Source: Macrostomum lignano
Taxonomy: Eukaryota
Direction: 5' to 3'
NCBI GenBank assembly: GCA_002269645.1
Contig: NIVC01001647.1
Span: 1 to 64,000 of the forward strand
DNA: 64,000 bases
Every line of letters begins with the position of its first letter. Within the stretch, counting starts at the first letter, position 1. Below the pieces are notes generated by a model. It saw only the letters and a program-made list of their open reading frames with translations. It had not been told where the DNA came from and ran no database searches. Below, piece after piece: positions 60,477 to 64,000 of the stretch. The position numbers were made by a program, and so were the translations under genes.

Positions 60477-60502
60477 CTCAGTACTAGAATATGCTCGAGT
60501 GC

Positions 60503-60913
<411 letters not shown>

Positions 60914-60952
60914 GTATCTGCCTCTCTAACCCGCCCAGCAACAATTTTCCAG

Positions 60953-61348
60953 CAGAATATAGCTGAGAATGCCGCTCTGGAGTCCCCGAGCCCCGGGGCA
61001 GTGGCCGCAGCCGCTGATCAGGTGTCGGAAGCGGCAGCGGAGGCCCGGACTCAGGCCGCTAATGCAATCGGGCGGCCGGGCGCTTCCTCATTAGCTGCCA
61101 GGCCCGGGGATAACCGCGTTATCCGCATTATTCACGCTGTCCCGAGCTGGCCGGCTTCCCGCTTTCCCGCGCCGCAAACTGAGAGCGGACTTCCAGCCCG
61201 GCAAGATGGCAACTATAAAATGAATCCGAGCGACTCCCCCGGTGCGCAGCCCGAAGGCGGTCGCGCGAACGGTGAAGATGAAGCGACTCGGGGGGAAGCC
61301 ATGCTAGAAGAAGAAGACTATCTGGAACAGGCATTAGTGGGCGTGTAG
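60953..61348 (+). other. Candidate exon of an unidentified + strand gene (131 open codons ending ...[13 protein letters not shown])
   Basis: Preceded by CTAAC (branch-like) and TTTTCCAG; GC-rich and open in phase 0. No recognisable domain and no upstream partner exon identified. Confidence 0.3.
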
Positions 61349-61464
61349 CGTCCTGGGGGCTGTCTTGAGAGCTGATTTTTGCACGGAACAGGACCTTCTT
61401 TACTTAGTATCGAAGACTCACTGGGGGCTGCGTTTCAGAACGTGATTTTGTACTTTATGGAGTG

Positions 61465-61785
61465 AAGCAACAGCGCTGCTCACACAAAAACAGCAGCGCC
61501 TCACACAACAACAGCAGCGCCTCACACAACAACAGCAGCGTCTCACACAACAACAGCAGCGCCTCACAAAACAACAGCAGCGCCTCACACAACAACAGCA
61601 GCGCCTCACACAACAACAGCAGCGCCTCACACAACAACAGCAGCGTCTCACACAACAACAGCAGCGCCTCACACAACAACAGCAGCGCCTCACACAACAA
61701 CAGCAACGCCTCACACAACAACAGCAGCGCCTCACACAACAACAGCAGCGCCTCACACAACAACAGCAGCGCCTCACACAACAAT
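61465..61785. repeat. 21-bp minisatellite (CACACAACAACAGCAGCGCCT), about 15 copies
   Basis: Direct periodicity. Confidence 0.95.
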
Positions 61786-62644
61786 TTGCAATGCACTGCC
61801 TTATAGCCTTCATGATTGCGCAGTGATACGCAAAAGCGACGCAACATGCAGTTTCTGGCGGGACCATCCGAAAGATGACATTCTCTTTCCCAACAAGCCG
61901 TTATCCAGTGGCCAGCAAATGAAAAGCTTTGGTTATCCAGAGGATGCAGATTCTTCAAAGAGGCAATCGAGACTTCCACTTGTCCTTGCAGGCCGTAGCG
62001 ACTGGCCATTTGTAAACCCGCCTTGGGTAGTGGAAGATGAGCCTTATCTAGTGCGCAGGGGCCATTCTGTTTGAAATCTGCTTCTTCTCTGCTTTTTCTT
62101 CTATAGCAGCAGCAATGCATCCTCTGGCCAGTGCAACTTTCCTCCCTGCAATCCCATTCATGCAGGGATAACTATCTCCCGCAAGTTGGGGATTTATACC
62201 TTTGTCCAGGCTGTGGAAGGCTGTGTGTTTAAAAATTCTGCCAATTTTCCTCTGTCTGTCTGTTGTGTGTCTTTTTTCTGCCGCGATTGCCCGCCCGGCC
62301 GCGGCTGGAGGTCAGCGCGGTTTTTGAGTGACACGACGGCCTTTTTTCTCCTTCTCTTTAGTTCGAAACGGTCCGGTTTTAAATTATCGTTTCCACAACA
62401 ATTCCTATCGCACCTCTCGCTCTCTCGCCGTTCGTCTGGTCGTTATGTTGCTGGGCGAGGTGTTGCGTCAGAGCCTGCTAAACCTTGGAATTGCTGGGAC
62501 TGCGGGTTTCTCTCCCCGTTTTTCCATTAACTTCTGACTTCTGTGCGGCGAGCTGATTGGGAATGCAACAGTTCTAGTCTTGTTGATCGACGATATTTGT
62601 AGATTTGGCAATCTTTGGCACAGAGCTAGGCCTATGCACTGATT

Positions 62645-63810
62645 GATTGTCTGATAGATCAGATATAGATATGGAGTGATTGTCTGAGATCAGATATAGA
62701 TATAGAATAATTGTCTGATAGATCAGATATAGATATGGAGTGATTGTCTGATAGATCAGATATAGATATGGAGTGATTGTTTGATAGATCAGATATAGAT
62801 ATGGAATAATTGTCTGATAGATCAGATATAGATATGGAGTGATTGTCTGATAGATTAGATATAGATATGGAGTGATTGTCTGATAGATCAGATATAGATA
62901 TGGAGTGATTGCCTGATAGATTAGATATAGATATGGAGTGATTGTCTGATAGATTAGATATAGATATAGAATAATTGTCTGATAGATCAGATATAGATAT
63001 GGAATAATTGTCTGATAGATCAGATATAGATATGGAATAATTGGCTGATAGATCAGATATAGATATGGAATAATTGTCTGATAGATCAGATATAGACATC
63101 ATTTTTTCTGATAGATCAATTACAGACACAGAATGGCAGTCTGATAGATCAATTACAGGCACAGAATGGCAGTCTGATAGATCAATTACAGACACAGAAT
63201 GGCAGTCTGATAGATCAATTACAGACACAGAATGGCAGTCTGATAGATCAATTACAGACACAGAATGGCAGTCTGATAGATCAATTACAGGCACAGAATG
63301 GCAGTCTGATAGATCAATTACAGACACAGAATGGCAGTCTGATAGATCAATTACAGACACAGGATGGCAGTCTGATAGATCAATTACAGACACAGAATGG
63401 CAGTCTGATAGATCAATTACAGACACAGAATGGCAGTCTGATAGATCAATTACAGGCACAGAATGGCAGTCTGATAGATCAATTACAGACACAGAATGGC
63501 AGTCTGATAGATCAATTACAGACACAGAATGGCAGTCTGATAGATCAATTACAAGCACAGAATGGCAGTCTGATAGATCAATTACAGACACAGAATGGCA
63601 GTCTGATAGATCAATTACAGACACAGAATGGCAGTCTGATAGATCAATTACAGACACAGAATGGCAGTCTGATAGATCAATTACAGACACAGAATGGCAG
63701 TCTGATAGATCAATTACAGACACAGAATGGCAGTCTGATAGATCAATTACAGACACAGAATGGCAGTCTGATAGATCAATTACAAGCACAGAATGGCAGT
63801 CTGATAGACG
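62645..63810. repeat. Two adjoining related 33-bp minisatellites (GATAGATCAGATATAGATATGGAGTGATTGTCT, then GATAGATCAATTACAGACACAGAATGGCAGTCT)
   Basis: Both have period 33 and share TCTGATAGATCA; the switch is near 63100. Confidence 0.95.
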
Positions 63811-64000
63811 AAATTGAAACTGTGAATTAAGAAGACAGAAAGTTCCGCAGCCAGCAGCAAAATGCGCACTTCCATAGCCGGCAATGCAATCCCAAATTGA
63901 AAGAATTCCCTACTGAAAACTTTCCCCAGCTGCACAGCTCCAGAAGAACACACAGTGAGAGCATGCAAGACAAATAGCAGAATTTGCCAATTAGCACACA

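Overview
Eukaryotic (animal) genomic DNA, very rich in minisatellites. GC-rich exons separated by repeat-filled introns resemble the flatworm Macrostomum; this is an inference, not verified. Six spliced protein-coding genes were reconstructed by hand from GT-AG sites and reading phase. One is on the + strand: a secreted, probably GPI-anchored Cys-rich Ly6/uPAR-like protein (3306-4178). Four form a tight, co-oriented - strand cluster: centrin, NUDT17, an SLC25 UCP-like carrier and DUSP11 (20276 to 6534). The sixth is a - strand PPP1R3/CBM21 glycogen-targeting subunit (36901-32691). There is also a complete, apparently young 4325-bp Mag-type Ty3/Gypsy LTR retrotransposon (56152-60476) with identical 213-bp LTRs and a CTCAG TSD. 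About 40 tandem arrays and several foldback/MITE-like elements fill the introns and the gene-poor 37-64 kb region. Most long ORFs in the supplied track are translations of repeats. Main points of interest: (1) an operon-like cluster with unpaired 3' splice acceptors, including a carrier gene with no genomic ATG that could take its start codon from a flatworm spliced leader; (2) a DUSP11 with a His-rich repeat tail built from the same X-box-like word as the adjacent intron array; (3) gene-specific minisatellite families lying in inverted orientation around exons; (4) arrays built from transcription-factor or splice-site consensus words; (5) frameshifts or invariant-site substitutions in three genes.
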